This document shows, piece after piece, positions 48,159 through 56,963 of a DNA stretch of 64,000 bases. The stretch covers positions 96,001 through 160,000 of the forward strand of contig JBFMAD010000005.1 of NCBI GenBank assembly GCA_040755855.1. The letters run 5' to 3'. Numbering within the stretch: position 1 is the first letter of the stretch; every line of letters begins with the position of its first letter. The notes under the pieces were generated by a model. That model saw nothing but the letters and a program-made list of their open reading frames with translations. It did not search any database and was not told the DNA's origin. The stretch comes from Planctomycetota bacterium. GTDB taxonomy: Bacteria > Planctomycetota > Brocadiia > JAADGH01. The translations under genes and the position numbers were made by a program.

Positions 48159-49177
48159 AAGCGGTGACGCCGGAGATTGATTTCTTCCCCACTGCGTCGT
48201 TAGAAAACCTACACCTCCGGGCTCGCCTGCTGAAGGCGGTCCGGAGGTTTTTTGATGAGCGCGGATACTTGGAGGTCGAGACTCCGCTGATCTCGGCGGA
48301 CGCCACGATAGATCCGAATCTGTCGCCCTTCATCACCCGATGGATCCCCGCCGGGGCAAGCCCAGATAAGGGAATGGAGATGTATCTCCAAACCTCGCCG
48401 GAGTTTGCGATGAAGCGCCTCCTCGCGGCGCTCCACGTTCCGGGGGGGCAAGCGGATGCCACGGCCATCTATCAGATCACCCATGCGTTCCGTAACGGGG
48501 AATTCGGCAGGCTTCACAATCCGGAGTTCACCCTTGTGGAATGGTATCGCACCGGCGACACGTGCCATGAGCAAATGGACGAGGTGCAGGAGCTGGTGTG
48601 CACGGTTGGCGAGGAATCCGATCAGTGGGAGATGGCCGATGACAAGCCGTTTCTCCGAACGTCCTATCGGGAGGCCTTTGAGCGCTATGCCGACTTCGAC
48701 CCGTTGAGCACCGAGACGTCGAAGCTTCCGGAGATTGCCTTATCGCGCGGCCTAACGCCGCCGCCCGGGCTTGCGCCGGGCGATCGCGACGGCTGGCTCA
48801 ATTTCTTTCTCGTGGAGTTGGTGGAATCCAATCTCGGTCGGGATTGCCCGCAGTTCCTCTATGATTATCCGGCCTCACAGGCCGCCCTTGCGCGGATTCG
48901 TCCGGACGATCCGCTTGTGGCGGAGCGGTTCGAGCTTTATTTTCATGGGGTCGAGATTTGCAACGGTTATCATGAGGAGACGGACCCCGAGGAGTTGCGC
49001 CGCCGCATTCGCGCGCATGGCATGGAACAGCATTTGACGAGTAGACTCCTCGATGCGATGGAGGCGGGGCTGCCTCCATGCTCGGGCGTTGCGCTGGGGT
49101 TTGACCGGTTGGTCATGCTGGCGGCAGGTGCGCTTTCGCTGGCCGAGGTCATGCCTTTTCCGTTTGACCGGGCGTGA
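48155..49177 (+). CDS. epmA: EF-P lysine aminoacylase EpmA (GenX)
   Basis: YLQTSPEFAMKRLLAA, FRNGEFGRLHNPEFT, ERFELY, CSGVALGFDRLVM. Confidence 0.95.
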   Translation: MKAVTPEIDFFPTASLENLHLRARLLKAVRRFFDERGYLEVETPLISADATIDPNLSPFITRWIPAGASPDKGMEMYLQTSPEFAMKRLLAALHVPGGQADATAIYQITHAFRNGEFGRLHNPEFTLVEWYRTGDTCHEQMDEVQELVCTVGEESDQWEMADDKPFLRTSYREAFERYADFDPLSTETSKLPEIALSRGLTPPPGLAPGDRDGWLNFFLVELVESNLGRDCPQFLYDYPASQAALARIRPDDPLVAERFELYFHGVEICNGYHEETDPEELRRRIRAHGMEQHLTSRLLDAMEAGLPPCSGVALGFDRLVMLAAGALSLAEVMPFPFDRA

Positions 49178-49193
49178 AAAGATGTTGGGCGGT

Positions 49194-49220
49194 TGGAGTA
49201 ATGGAGTAGTGGAGTGATGG
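49194..49220 (+). repeat. Short tandem octamer repeat (TGGAGTRN)x3
   Basis: TGGAGTAA TGGAGTAG TGGAGTGA TGG; a partial inverted copy lies at 51641-51657. Confidence 0.7.
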
Positions 49221-49241
49221 GGGCTGGGCCTTCTTTTTGCT

Positions 49242-49270
49242 TTGCCTCATTGACGTGGGGGTGATAGAAT
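49242..49270 (+). promoter_or_regulatory. Putative promoter for the HNH-TPR-MNT/HEPN operon
   Basis: TTGCCT-17 nt-TAGAAT with extended -10 TG. Confidence 0.45.
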
Positions 49271-49308
49271 GCACATGCAACCTCTGGTCCTTTGCGGAAA
49301 AAGCCTGA

Positions 49309-51216
49309 ATGGCAAAGAAGCCCCGGCGCAAGATACCTCCTGATAGAGAATCTGCCCTCCTCTGGGGGTGCGACAGCACGTGCAGCATGTGCACGAATGA
49401 GCGGCTTCCGCCGTACATTATTCACCATATTGATGGGAATCGGAACAACAATTCCATTGACAACCTCATCGCGCTCTGCCTGAAATGCCACGCCCTCGCC
49501 GAATCCCGCAGCCGGACAGCCAGATACCCTGAAGGGCAGACGTTGAAGGATCTGAAGGCCAAGTGGGAGGGGATTGTCGTCCAGCGCAGAAAGCTCCAGG
49601 CCCTTCCAAGAGGCATGATGGTAAGGGAAACTCAAGACCAATCGGGCCGCACAACGCGTGAGTATCTTTGGCAAGCGTCTTACGTCAATGGTCGCGCCGA
49701 AGAGGCCATCCAGGCTGCGCAGAAGATAGACCCCAAAGTAATGGACTCTCTGGAAGGCAAGTTGGCTCAGGAACTTGCCAGGCGTCCGAACAAGAAGAGA
49801 GCGAATAAGGCTGCGAGCCTGCTAAAACGGAAGTCATCTATGAAGGGCCTCACGAGGGAAGACAGAGCCCGTCAGTATTCCTTGAGTATGGCGATGGGGC
49901 AGTTTCTCTTCCGGCGGCAGGAATACGCGGACGCCATAGCGTCCTATCAGACGGCTCACGAGCAGGCAACAATACTACAGAATTCTGATTTGGTATTCCT
50001 CAGCATGTTCGACCTTGGTGCGGCGTACGGCATGTCAGGCAACTACGATGAAGCCTACGGTCTTTGTGAGAGAGCGGTTGAACTGCGACCGAAGGACGCT
50101 GAGGCGCACTGTAATCTCGGGGTTGCCTTGGGACGCAAGGGGGATAATGAAGGGGCAATCGCGGAATTTCGGGAGGCGATCCGGCTCGATCAGAACTACG
50201 CCAAAGCGCATTACGACCTCGGTCTTGCCTTGGGACAGAAGCGGGACACGGAAGGGGAGATCGCCCAATACCGTGAGGTTATCCGGCTCAAGCCGGACTA
50301 TGCCGAAGCCCACTACAACTTGGGTGTTTCGCTCGCAGAAAAAGGGGACATGGAGGGGGAGACCGCAGCATACCGGGAGGCCATCCGCCTCAAGCCGGAC
50401 TATGCCGAAGCGCATTCCAACCTTGGCGTTGTCTTGAGAGAGGAAGGGGATGTGGAAGGAGCGATCGCGGCATACCGGAGGGCCATCCGGATCAAGCCGG
50501 ACCTGGCTGAGGCGCATTACAACCTTGGCGCTGCCCTGTTTCAGGCAGGAAGATATGAGGACGGCATCGCATCCTATGAGAAGGCCATTCGCTTGAGGCA
50601 CAAGTTGACTGATCGGGGAAGAGCGGCCTGTCTGAATTTAGTGGGGTCTGGGATAGACCGCGCAATGGTTTTACTCAAAGGGGAAAACACCAGAGGGGCG
50701 TCCAAAATCCTTGAGAAGATTCGACGGGTATATCTTGATACTAAAGGCGACGTGGATATTCACGGAGTAGTTGGGTATGCGCTCTCCAACCTGCTGGGCC
50801 GGCTCTCCGTGCAGGACAAAAAAATGGGCGATAAGATTCTCCGACGGCTTCGGTTGCCGGAGGTCGAGAAGATGCTGCCCGAAGGGCGATACCTTCGGGA
50901 GATTGCCATCCTGCGCGATATGCTTGTTGCGGGCTACGATCCTGAAAAGATCATCCTTTACGGTTCGTGCGCGGCGGGAGATGTGAGCGCGGGAAGCGAC
51001 ATTGACATGCTCATCATCAAGGAAGGCGTGGAGGGGAAGGACCTGGTCGAGCGGAAGTTGGAGGTGATGAAGCTCATAGGCGCGATCAATCCGGGTGTGA
51101 GGATCGAGGCGGTTGTGCATACAAGTAAAGAACTCCAGGATAAGTTGGAAAGCAGTTGGTTTTATCGCGACGAGGTCATAGGAAAGGGGTGGGTCATTTA
51201 TGAAAAACGAAGATAA
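49309..51216 (+). CDS. HNH endonuclease - TPR repeat - minimal nucleotidyltransferase (MNT) fusion protein
   Basis: N-terminal CSMC..IHHIDGNRNNNSIDNLIALCLKCH; about seven TPRs (AEAHYNLG); C-terminal IILYGSCAAGDVSAGSDIDMLII..IEAVV. Confidence 0.88.
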   Translation: MAKKPRRKIPPDRESALLWGCDSTCSMCTNERLPPYIIHHIDGNRNNNSIDNLIALCLKCHALAESRSRTARYPEGQTLKDLKAKWEGIVVQRRKLQALPRGMMVRETQDQSGRTTREYLWQASYVNGRAEEAIQAAQKIDPKVMDSLEGKLAQELARRPNKKRANKAASLLKRKSSMKGLTREDRARQYSLSMAMGQFLFRRQEYADAIASYQTAHEQATILQNSDLVFLSMFDLGAAYGMSGNYDEAYGLCERAVELRPKDAEAHCNLGVALGRKGDNEGAIAEFREAIRLDQNYAKAHYDLGLALGQKRDTEGEIAQYREVIRLKPDYAEAHYNLGVSLAEKGDMEGETAAYREAIRLKPDYAEAHSNLGVVLREEGDVEGAIAAYRRAIRIKPDLAEAHYNLGAALFQAGRYEDGIASYEKAIRLRHKLTDRGRAACLNLVGSGIDRAMVLLKGENTRGASKILEKIRRVYLDTKGDVDIHGVVGYALSNLLGRLSVQDKKMGDKILRRLRLPEVEKMLPEGRYLREIAILRDMLVAGYDPEKIILYGSCAAGDVSAGSDIDMLIIKEGVEGKDLVERKLEVMKLIGAINPGVRIEAVVHTSKELQDKLESSWFYRDEVIGKGWVIYEKRR

Positions 51217-51613
51217 ACTCGGACCATGGTTCGAGGACGCCGACGAAGATATGAGGGCCTATGAAGCTTGTCTTCAGGCCGGGATAGATCGCGCGGCGGC
51301 ATATCACCTTGAGCAGGCAATGCAAAAATACCTGAAGGGCGCATTGGATGAGATAGGCAAGTTTTCCAAGGGGGACAGGACGCATAACATCCCCGACCTG
51401 ATAAACAAACTCAAGACGGAGCTCCTTGAGGCGCGGCTTGCGGACTTTACGGAGCTTGGTCGGCGATTATATGAGATTTATCCTTTCCGCTATTTCGACA
51501 CGAGACCCTCCGAAGTCGGCCTCTCGGCAGATGTGCTGAAACAGTGGGCGGGGGAAGTTCGACGCCTGAAGGCCATTATCATAGAAGCCATCGAGAAGTG
51601 CCAGGAACAGTAG
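51200..51613 (+). CDS. HEPN domain protein (MNT-associated type)
   Basis: WFEDADED..AAYHLEQAMQKYLKGAL..THNIPDL..YPFRY; overlaps the MNT gene by 17 bp. Confidence 0.85.
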   Translation: MKNEDKLGPWFEDADEDMRAYEACLQAGIDRAAAYHLEQAMQKYLKGALDEIGKFSKGDRTHNIPDLINKLKTELLEARLADFTELGRRLYEIYPFRYFDTRPSEVGLSADVLKQWAGEVRRLKAIIIEAIEKCQEQ

Positions 51614-51674
51614 GCGCGGGCATTGCAAGAACAATGCTGTCAATACTCCATTACCCCGGCAAATCGAGGGAATC

Positions 51675-52757
51675 ATGGACAAGGTCAACGTCGGTCTGAT
51701 TGGTTCCCAGTTCATCTCCGGCATCCACGCCGAGGCGCTGAAGCAGGTTCCGGATGCGAGCATTGTTGCGGTGGCCTCGCCTACGCGCGCGCATGTCAGG
51801 GCCTTCGCACGGCGGCATAAGATTCCTCATTGGTTCAGCGATTATCACGAGATGTTGGGGATGGACGATCTTCGGATGGTGGTGTTGGGTTTGCCCAACT
51901 ACCTCCATGCCGAGGCGACTATCGCCGCCGCCTGCGCTGGGAAGCACGTGGTGTGCGAGAAGCCGTTGTGCATGAACCTGTCCGAGGCGGACCGGATGAT
52001 CGCGGCGTGCAGGAAGAACGGCGTGAAGCTGATGTACGCCGAGGAGCTTTGCTTTGCCCCGAAGTATGTCCGGCTAAAACAGCTTGTGGACGAAGGGGCG
52101 CTTGGAAGAATCTATCACATCAAGCAGAGCGAGAAGCACGACGGCCCGCACTCGAAGTGGTTCTGGGACGTCGAGAGATCCGGCGGCGGAGTGACGTTTG
52201 ACATGGGCTGCCATGCGATCGAGTTCTTCCGGTGGATGCTCGGCCGACCGAAGGCGACGAGCGTCTATGCCGAGATAGGGACCTATGTCCACAAGAGCCG
52301 GACTAAGGGCGAGGATAACAGCATCATCCTGGTGAACTTCGAGGGCGGGGCGACCTGCATGGCCGAGGAAAGCTGGGCCAAGAAGGGCGGGATGGACGAC
52401 CGGGCGGAGGTTTACGGCGCGGAGGGGGTCGCGTATGCGAATCTGCTCATGGGCAACTCGATCCTGACCTATAGCGAGCGAGGCTACGGCTACGCCATCG
52501 AGAAGGCCGGCTCGACGAAGGGCTGGTCGTTCACGATCTACGAGGAACTCTGGAACTACGGTTTCCCCCAGGAGATGGCCCACTTTGTTGATTGCGTGAA
52601 GAACGACAAGGCGCCGGCGGTGACCGGCGAGGACGGGAGGGCAGTGCTTGAGATCATCTTCGCGGCCTACGCCTCGGCTGGGCGGGGGAGGAGGGTGAAC
52701 CTGCCGTTTCGAACGGGGGCGAAAAAGCCTATTGACCTTTACCTGCGTCCGGCGTAA
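51675..52757 (+). CDS. Gfo/Idh/MocA family oxidoreductase
   Basis: VGLIGSQFIS, GKHVVCEKPL, SGGGVTFDMGCHAIE. Confidence 0.92.
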   Translation: MDKVNVGLIGSQFISGIHAEALKQVPDASIVAVASPTRAHVRAFARRHKIPHWFSDYHEMLGMDDLRMVVLGLPNYLHAEATIAAACAGKHVVCEKPLCMNLSEADRMIAACRKNGVKLMYAEELCFAPKYVRLKQLVDEGALGRIYHIKQSEKHDGPHSKWFWDVERSGGGVTFDMGCHAIEFFRWMLGRPKATSVYAEIGTYVHKSRTKGEDNSIILVNFEGGATCMAEESWAKKGGMDDRAEVYGAEGVAYANLLMGNSILTYSERGYGYAIEKAGSTKGWSFTIYEELWNYGFPQEMAHFVDCVKNDKAPAVTGEDGRAVLEIIFAAYASAGRGRRVNLPFRTGAKKPIDLYLRPA

Positions 52758-52767
52758 AATTCCACCC

Positions 52768-53601
52768 ATGACTATTGAGTTCAAGTGCCAACATTGCCAG
52801 CGGATTCTCTCTGTGGCCGAGGATCAGGCGGACCGGGCCGTGCAGTGCGAGTGCGGGAAGTGGGTTGTCGCCCGCCGCAAGCGGGGACGTTTGTACCGCG
52901 CGGTTTCGCGGGCGCTGAACCCGATGAGCCTGCTCAACCGGGAGAAGAAGCCCGGCGAGGATGCGGCGCCTCAGGGGGATCAGGCCGACTCGATGTCTGC
53001 GGGCGAATCATCAGTAGAAGCGGCGCGGCCCGGCAAGCGAATCCACCTGGATAAGTCGCTGATCGTGATTGCTCCTCCCGATGGCGCGCGAGGGAGGGAT
53101 TGGTCCGTGTTGATCTCGAAACATGTTATGTCGGGGGAGACAGACGAGGCGACGGCTTACGCCTATACGCGCCAAGCAAAGGAGGCCCACGACGGCGGGC
53201 GGCACGCGGAAGCATTCGATCTATTCGAGGCCGGTCGAGATTGTTATGGGGAGTGCTGCCACACGCTGACCGAACGGGTGACAAAGGAGGGCAGCCCTGC
53301 GACCATCGAGCGGAACGAACGTGTTCTTGGCGATCTCGAACGTTGCATGTACAATTTTGCCGTGCTTGTCTGTGCTACGCGGGTGCCGACGGAGCAGGGC
53401 ATGGGTCGGGGGCGGAGCGGCGAAACGCGAATGCTGTTTGAAGAGCTGGCCCTTGCGGCGCGAATCCTCTCCCGTCCGAATGAGTTTTGGGTCCCCACCG
53501 TCGTATTCACGCGAAACAAGGAGCAGCTCATCAGCGAGATCGGTCGGTGTTTCGAGCGGTACGAGATGAAGCTCTCCGACTTCCTGAAACCACGGAAGTA
53601 G
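52768..53601 (+). CDS. Zinc-ribbon domain hypothetical protein
   Basis: MTIEFKCQHC..CECG followed by a helical region. Confidence 0.65.
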   Translation: MTIEFKCQHCQRILSVAEDQADRAVQCECGKWVVARRKRGRLYRAVSRALNPMSLLNREKKPGEDAAPQGDQADSMSAGESSVEAARPGKRIHLDKSLIVIAPPDGARGRDWSVLISKHVMSGETDEATAYAYTRQAKEAHDGGRHAEAFDLFEAGRDCYGECCHTLTERVTKEGSPATIERNERVLGDLERCMYNFAVLVCATRVPTEQGMGRGRSGETRMLFEELALAARILSRPNEFWVPTVVFTRNKEQLISEIGRCFERYEMKLSDFLKPRK

Positions 53602-54718
53602 GTGCGAGCGCTTCGGCCAGCGGCGTATAGGCGATCCCAAACAGTTCCTCAAGAGGTTTCCACGTCACCTTTCCCCTCGCAACGACGACGCCGGCGGCAA
53701 GCGCCTTGTCCGACCGGACTGCCGCCTCGAAGCCCATGTCCGCCAGCTTTATCGCGTAGGGGAGGCTGCAGGCTTCCAGGGCCTTCGAGGCCGTGGCCGG
53801 AACAATGCCCGGCAAGTTCCCGACGCAATAGTGAATGACGCCGTGACGGACATAGGTGGGTTCGTCATGGGTGGTCTCGCGGGATGTCTCGATGGGGCCG
53901 CAGGGCGTCAGGCAGGAGACATCAATGATGATCGAACCGCGCCTCATGGATTTCACCATGTCCTTGGTGACCAGGTAGCGGCCTCGTTGCGGGAGCCAGT
54001 GGATGCAGTTGATGAGGACGTCCGCCTTCCGCACGGGCCGCGCGATGTTTCGCTGGGTCGAGACCCGCTGGGTTATGTTGGGAAGGAGAAGGTTTGGCGC
54101 GTAGAGCTTGCCGCCGAGGTGCTCCGTGAGCAAGGTGACGTTTGCTCCGAGCGCTGCGCACGTCTGAGCCGCGGCGCTGCCTGCCACGCCGCCGCCGAGC
54201 ACGACGACCTCAGCAGGGGGTGCGCCCGGCATGCTGTTAAGCAGGATGCCTTTGCCGCCGAAGAGGGTTTGGAGAAGCCTGGCCGCCGTGAGCGCGCCAA
54301 CGCGGCCCGCAATGTCCGACATGGGGCGCAGGAGAGGAAAGGAGCCGTCGGCCGAGTGAATGTTTTCGAAAGCCACGGCGTTGCATTTCTTCCGCATGAG
54401 TAGTTCAGTCAAGCCCTTGCGATAGTCGAGGTGCAGAAAGGAGTAGATCAACTGGCCTTTTCGGATCAGGCGGCTCTCTGCGGGCTGAGGCTCCTTTACC
54501 TTATAGATCATTTCCGCAATTCGATAGATCGCGGGGGCGGTCGGGAGAGTCGCGGCGCCGGTCGCTCGGTAATCGTGGTCTGCGATGCCAGCGGCGATTC
54601 CCGCGCCCCTTTGGATGAACACCTTGTGCCCTTGTCGCGTCAGCCTCTGGACGCCTCGGGGTGTGAGCGCTACACGTCCCTCTTGGACCTTGATCTCCTT
54701 CGGCACACCGATCTTCAG
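53531..54718 (-). CDS. ald: Alanine dehydrogenase family protein (probable CTG start)
   Basis: (L)KIGVPKEIKVQEGRVALTP, KVKEP, PLLRPMSDIAGR, VVVLGGGVAG, IHYCVGNLPG. Confidence 0.85.
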   Translation of the reverse strand: MKIGVPKEIKVQEGRVALTPRGVQRLTRQGHKVFIQRGAGIAAGIADHDYRATGAATLPTAPAIYRIAEMIYKVKEPQPAESRLIRKGQLIYSFLHLDYRKGLTELLMRKKCNAVAFENIHSADGSFPLLRPMSDIAGRVGALTAARLLQTLFGGKGILLNSMPGAPPAEVVVLGGGVAGSAAAQTCAALGANVTLLTEHLGGKLYAPNLLLPNITQRVSTQRNIARPVRKADVLINCIHWLPQRGRYLVTKDMVKSMRRGSIIIDVSCLTPCGPIETSRETTHDEPTYVRHGVIHYCVGNLPGIVPATASKALEACSLPYAIKLADMGFEAAVRSDKALAAGVVVARGKVTWKPLEELFGIAYTPLAEALAPTSVVSGSRRASSRTARNTDRSR

Positions 54719-54763
54719 GGCATTTTCTCCTGTGCAAGGTTACATGCACATGGCGGTCGCGGC

Positions 54764-54976
54764 TCAGGCCGGTTGCGACGAGTTATTGGGCTCTCGGGGG
54801 GGAATGGGCGGTTCGCCTTTTTGGATGTTCTCGTAGACTTCTTTGCGGTGAACGGGGACCGAGTTCGGCGCGGCGATACCGATGCGAACCTGGTCGCGCT
54901 CGATCTTGAGCACGGTAATCTCGATATTGTCCCCGATCATAATGCTTTGCTTCGATTTTCGCGTAAGTACCAGCAT
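54764..54976 (-). CDS. csrA: Carbon storage regulator CsrA
   Basis: [38 protein letters not shown]. Confidence 0.95.
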   Translation of the reverse strand: MLVLTRKSKQSIMIGDNIEITVLKIERDQVRIGIAAPNSVPVHRKEVYENIQKGEPPIPPREPNNSSQPA

Positions 54977-55073
54977 GGTTGAGCCCTCCGTGGCGTGCAG
55001 CGAACGGCGCAATACTCTATTTGTTCGCTATGCACCCCCCCTTGGTAAAAACTATCGTTGAAGACCCCTCCCG

Positions 55074-55874
55074 TCAGTAGTGAATCGCAGCCATCAGCGC
55101 CGCGCGGTTTTCCTCCCATGCGCCATCCGGCGTCACGCCCTTGCGAAGCTCGAGTGTCACGATCGGGATGCCCTTGTCCACTCCCACAAAGCTGCCGAGC
55201 GAACCGGACAGGTCGCCGAAAAATATGCCCACCGTATAACCGTTCTCGTGACCCATCGCCCTGGCCAGGGGGCCGGCGGGGCCGTTGAAGTCGAGCATCG
55301 GGCCGCGCTGGGCCTGATGGATCGAGATGACCTTGCCCGGTCGGTACTTCTTCAGCACCCAGAGCACGCCCCTCGTCTCCGGTTCGCTGCATGGATATGG
55401 CCCGCCATAAGTTTCGGCCCGCGCCCCCTGCGGACGCCAATTGATCGCCGGCAGGTTTCGGTTCAAATCCACACCGTTCGCGTTTTTTCGAGTTCCGCGC
55501 GCAAGCCCATCCGGATTCACCTCCGGCGCGACGACAACCAGCCGATTGCTCAAATCTTGATTGTTCGCGGCCAGATATTCGGCGAAGCGCCTTGCGAGAT
55601 CGGCGCTTACAGGTTCGTCGCCGTGATAGCCCCCAAGAATGAGCGTGACGTTATACCCGTGTCCCAGTACGGCTGCCCGGATCGGCCGTCCTTGCGCTGA
55701 GCGCCCGATTTCCTGCCACTTGACATGCGCCGTGGTGGGAGGCGTCGGCTGCTCAATCGCCTGGACCGAAGGACGCAGCGATGGCGCCCGACATCCCACG
55801 AAACCCGACACACTCACCAAGACCAAGAGCAGGCATTCGGGGCGAAAGCTCCCTTCCTTTGGGAGCGGCAACAC
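55074..55874 (-). CDS. mpaA: Murein peptide amidase A-like M14 peptidase (probable lipoprotein)
   Basis: IGRSAQGRPI, GGYHGDE, NPDG..RKNANGVDLNRN, SEPET, ISIH, TLEL; possible lipobox FVGC. Confidence 0.75.
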   Translation of the reverse strand: MLPLPKEGSFRPECLLLVLVSVSGFVGCRAPSLRPSVQAIEQPTPPTTAHVKWQEIGRSAQGRPIRAAVLGHGYNVTLILGGYHGDEPVSADLARRFAEYLAANNQDLSNRLVVVAPEVNPDGLARGTRKNANGVDLNRNLPAINWRPQGARAETYGGPYPCSEPETRGVLWVLKKYRPGKVISIHQAQRGPMLDFNGPAGPLARAMGHENGYTVGIFFGDLSGSLGSFVGVDKGIPIVTLELRKGVTPDGAWEENRAALMAAIHY

Positions 55875-56024
55875 GTTTCCTCCATTCTATGAACGGTCCC
55901 TTCGGCAAGCGCCGCGCGCGATTTCCCCCTGGTAAATGGCTGAACGTTGAGACCGGTGCGTGGATAGTCTACGACTGAGCCGTTGCCATGTCAAGAAGCA
56001 AATTTGCATGAGGAGAAATTTCTA

Positions 56025-56963
56025 TCACCGCCGCCTCGGCTTGAGGAGAGGCGGGGAATGTACGGCATTTGATCGGAACTGACGGGGCGATACGCCGGCG
56101 ATGTCGCGAAACTTGCGGGCAAAGTAGCTCTGTCTGGAATAGCCTATTTCGTGGGCGATTTCGCTCATCCTGAGTTGCGTGTTGCGTAGGAGCTTCTTGG
56201 CGCGTTCGATGCGAAGTTCCGTCAGGTAGTTTGTGACGGTCATCCGGGTGACGCGCTTGAAGAGGCGACAGAAATAGGCGGGATTGAGGCGGATGGTCCT
56301 GGCTATCAGTCCGGCGGACAGGGGCTCGTTCAGATGGGTCTTCATCAGACCGATGGCCGCCTGAATGGGTTTGTATTGTCGCAGGACGATCTCCTGCTCG
56401 ATGGCCCGATCGCTCATGGACTCGGCGAGCTGGGTTACGGCGAGGAAGAGGAGTTCGCCCATGCGCTGGAGCCGCTTGGCGCTGATCCGCGGGAGCGATT
56501 CGTATGCCTGGCGAAGAGCACGGATGTCTATGTCGAGGTCCGATACTCGCCGTTGGATGTCGGCGAATCCGAGTTTGTCCTGGGCCAATGTGATGGCTTG
56601 GCCGCAGAAGATCGTGGCGATGTGTTTTTCCCGGGCGATGATGGGCACGATAACCTCTGTGGCGCCGGCGTGGCAGGTGTTGACGAACGGCCCTTTCCGG
56701 CGGCGGGCCTCGGCGTTCATGCGGTGGTAATCGTATCCGCCGCAGCTTTTCATTTTGGTGTTGGTCTTGACAATCTCGCAGAACCTGCCGTGGTGAGCGT
56801 GATAAATCCAGTCCAGGCGGTCCTCCGGCATAGGGGGTTGGGTCCAGGAGGGAAAGGAAACGCACGCCTGGAGGCCGCTCATTTCTTCGAAGGTCATTAG
56901 GATGCGTTGAAGTGTATTTCGTGGCAAACGGGTCATGCTCGCAGCTCCCCATCGCTTTTTCAA
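56025..56963 (-). CDS. AraC family regulator with PocR-type sensory domain
   Basis: FCEIVK..CHAGATEVIVPI..GQ sensory domain; C-terminal HTH (YFCRLFK, IAHEIGYSRQSYFARKF). Start may be 56936. Confidence 0.9.
   Translation of the reverse strand: MKKRWGAASMTRLPRNTLQRILMTFEEMSGLQACVSFPSWTQPPMPEDRLDWIYHAHHGRFCEIVKTNTKMKSCGGYDYHRMNAEARRRKGPFVNTCHAGATEVIVPIIAREKHIATIFCGQAITLAQDKLGFADIQRRVSDLDIDIRALRQAYESLPRISAKRLQRMGELLFLAVTQLAESMSDRAIEQEIVLRQYKPIQAAIGLMKTHLNEPLSAGLIARTIRLNPAYFCRLFKRVTRMTVTNYLTELRIERAKKLLRNTQLRMSEIAHEIGYSRQSYFARKFRDIAGVSPRQFRSNAVHSPPLLKPRRR

Noticed and set aside
46506..49177. epmB-efp-epmA cluster as a novelty
   Set aside because: This is the well-known EF-P beta-lysylation pathway with the canonical PGKG lysine.
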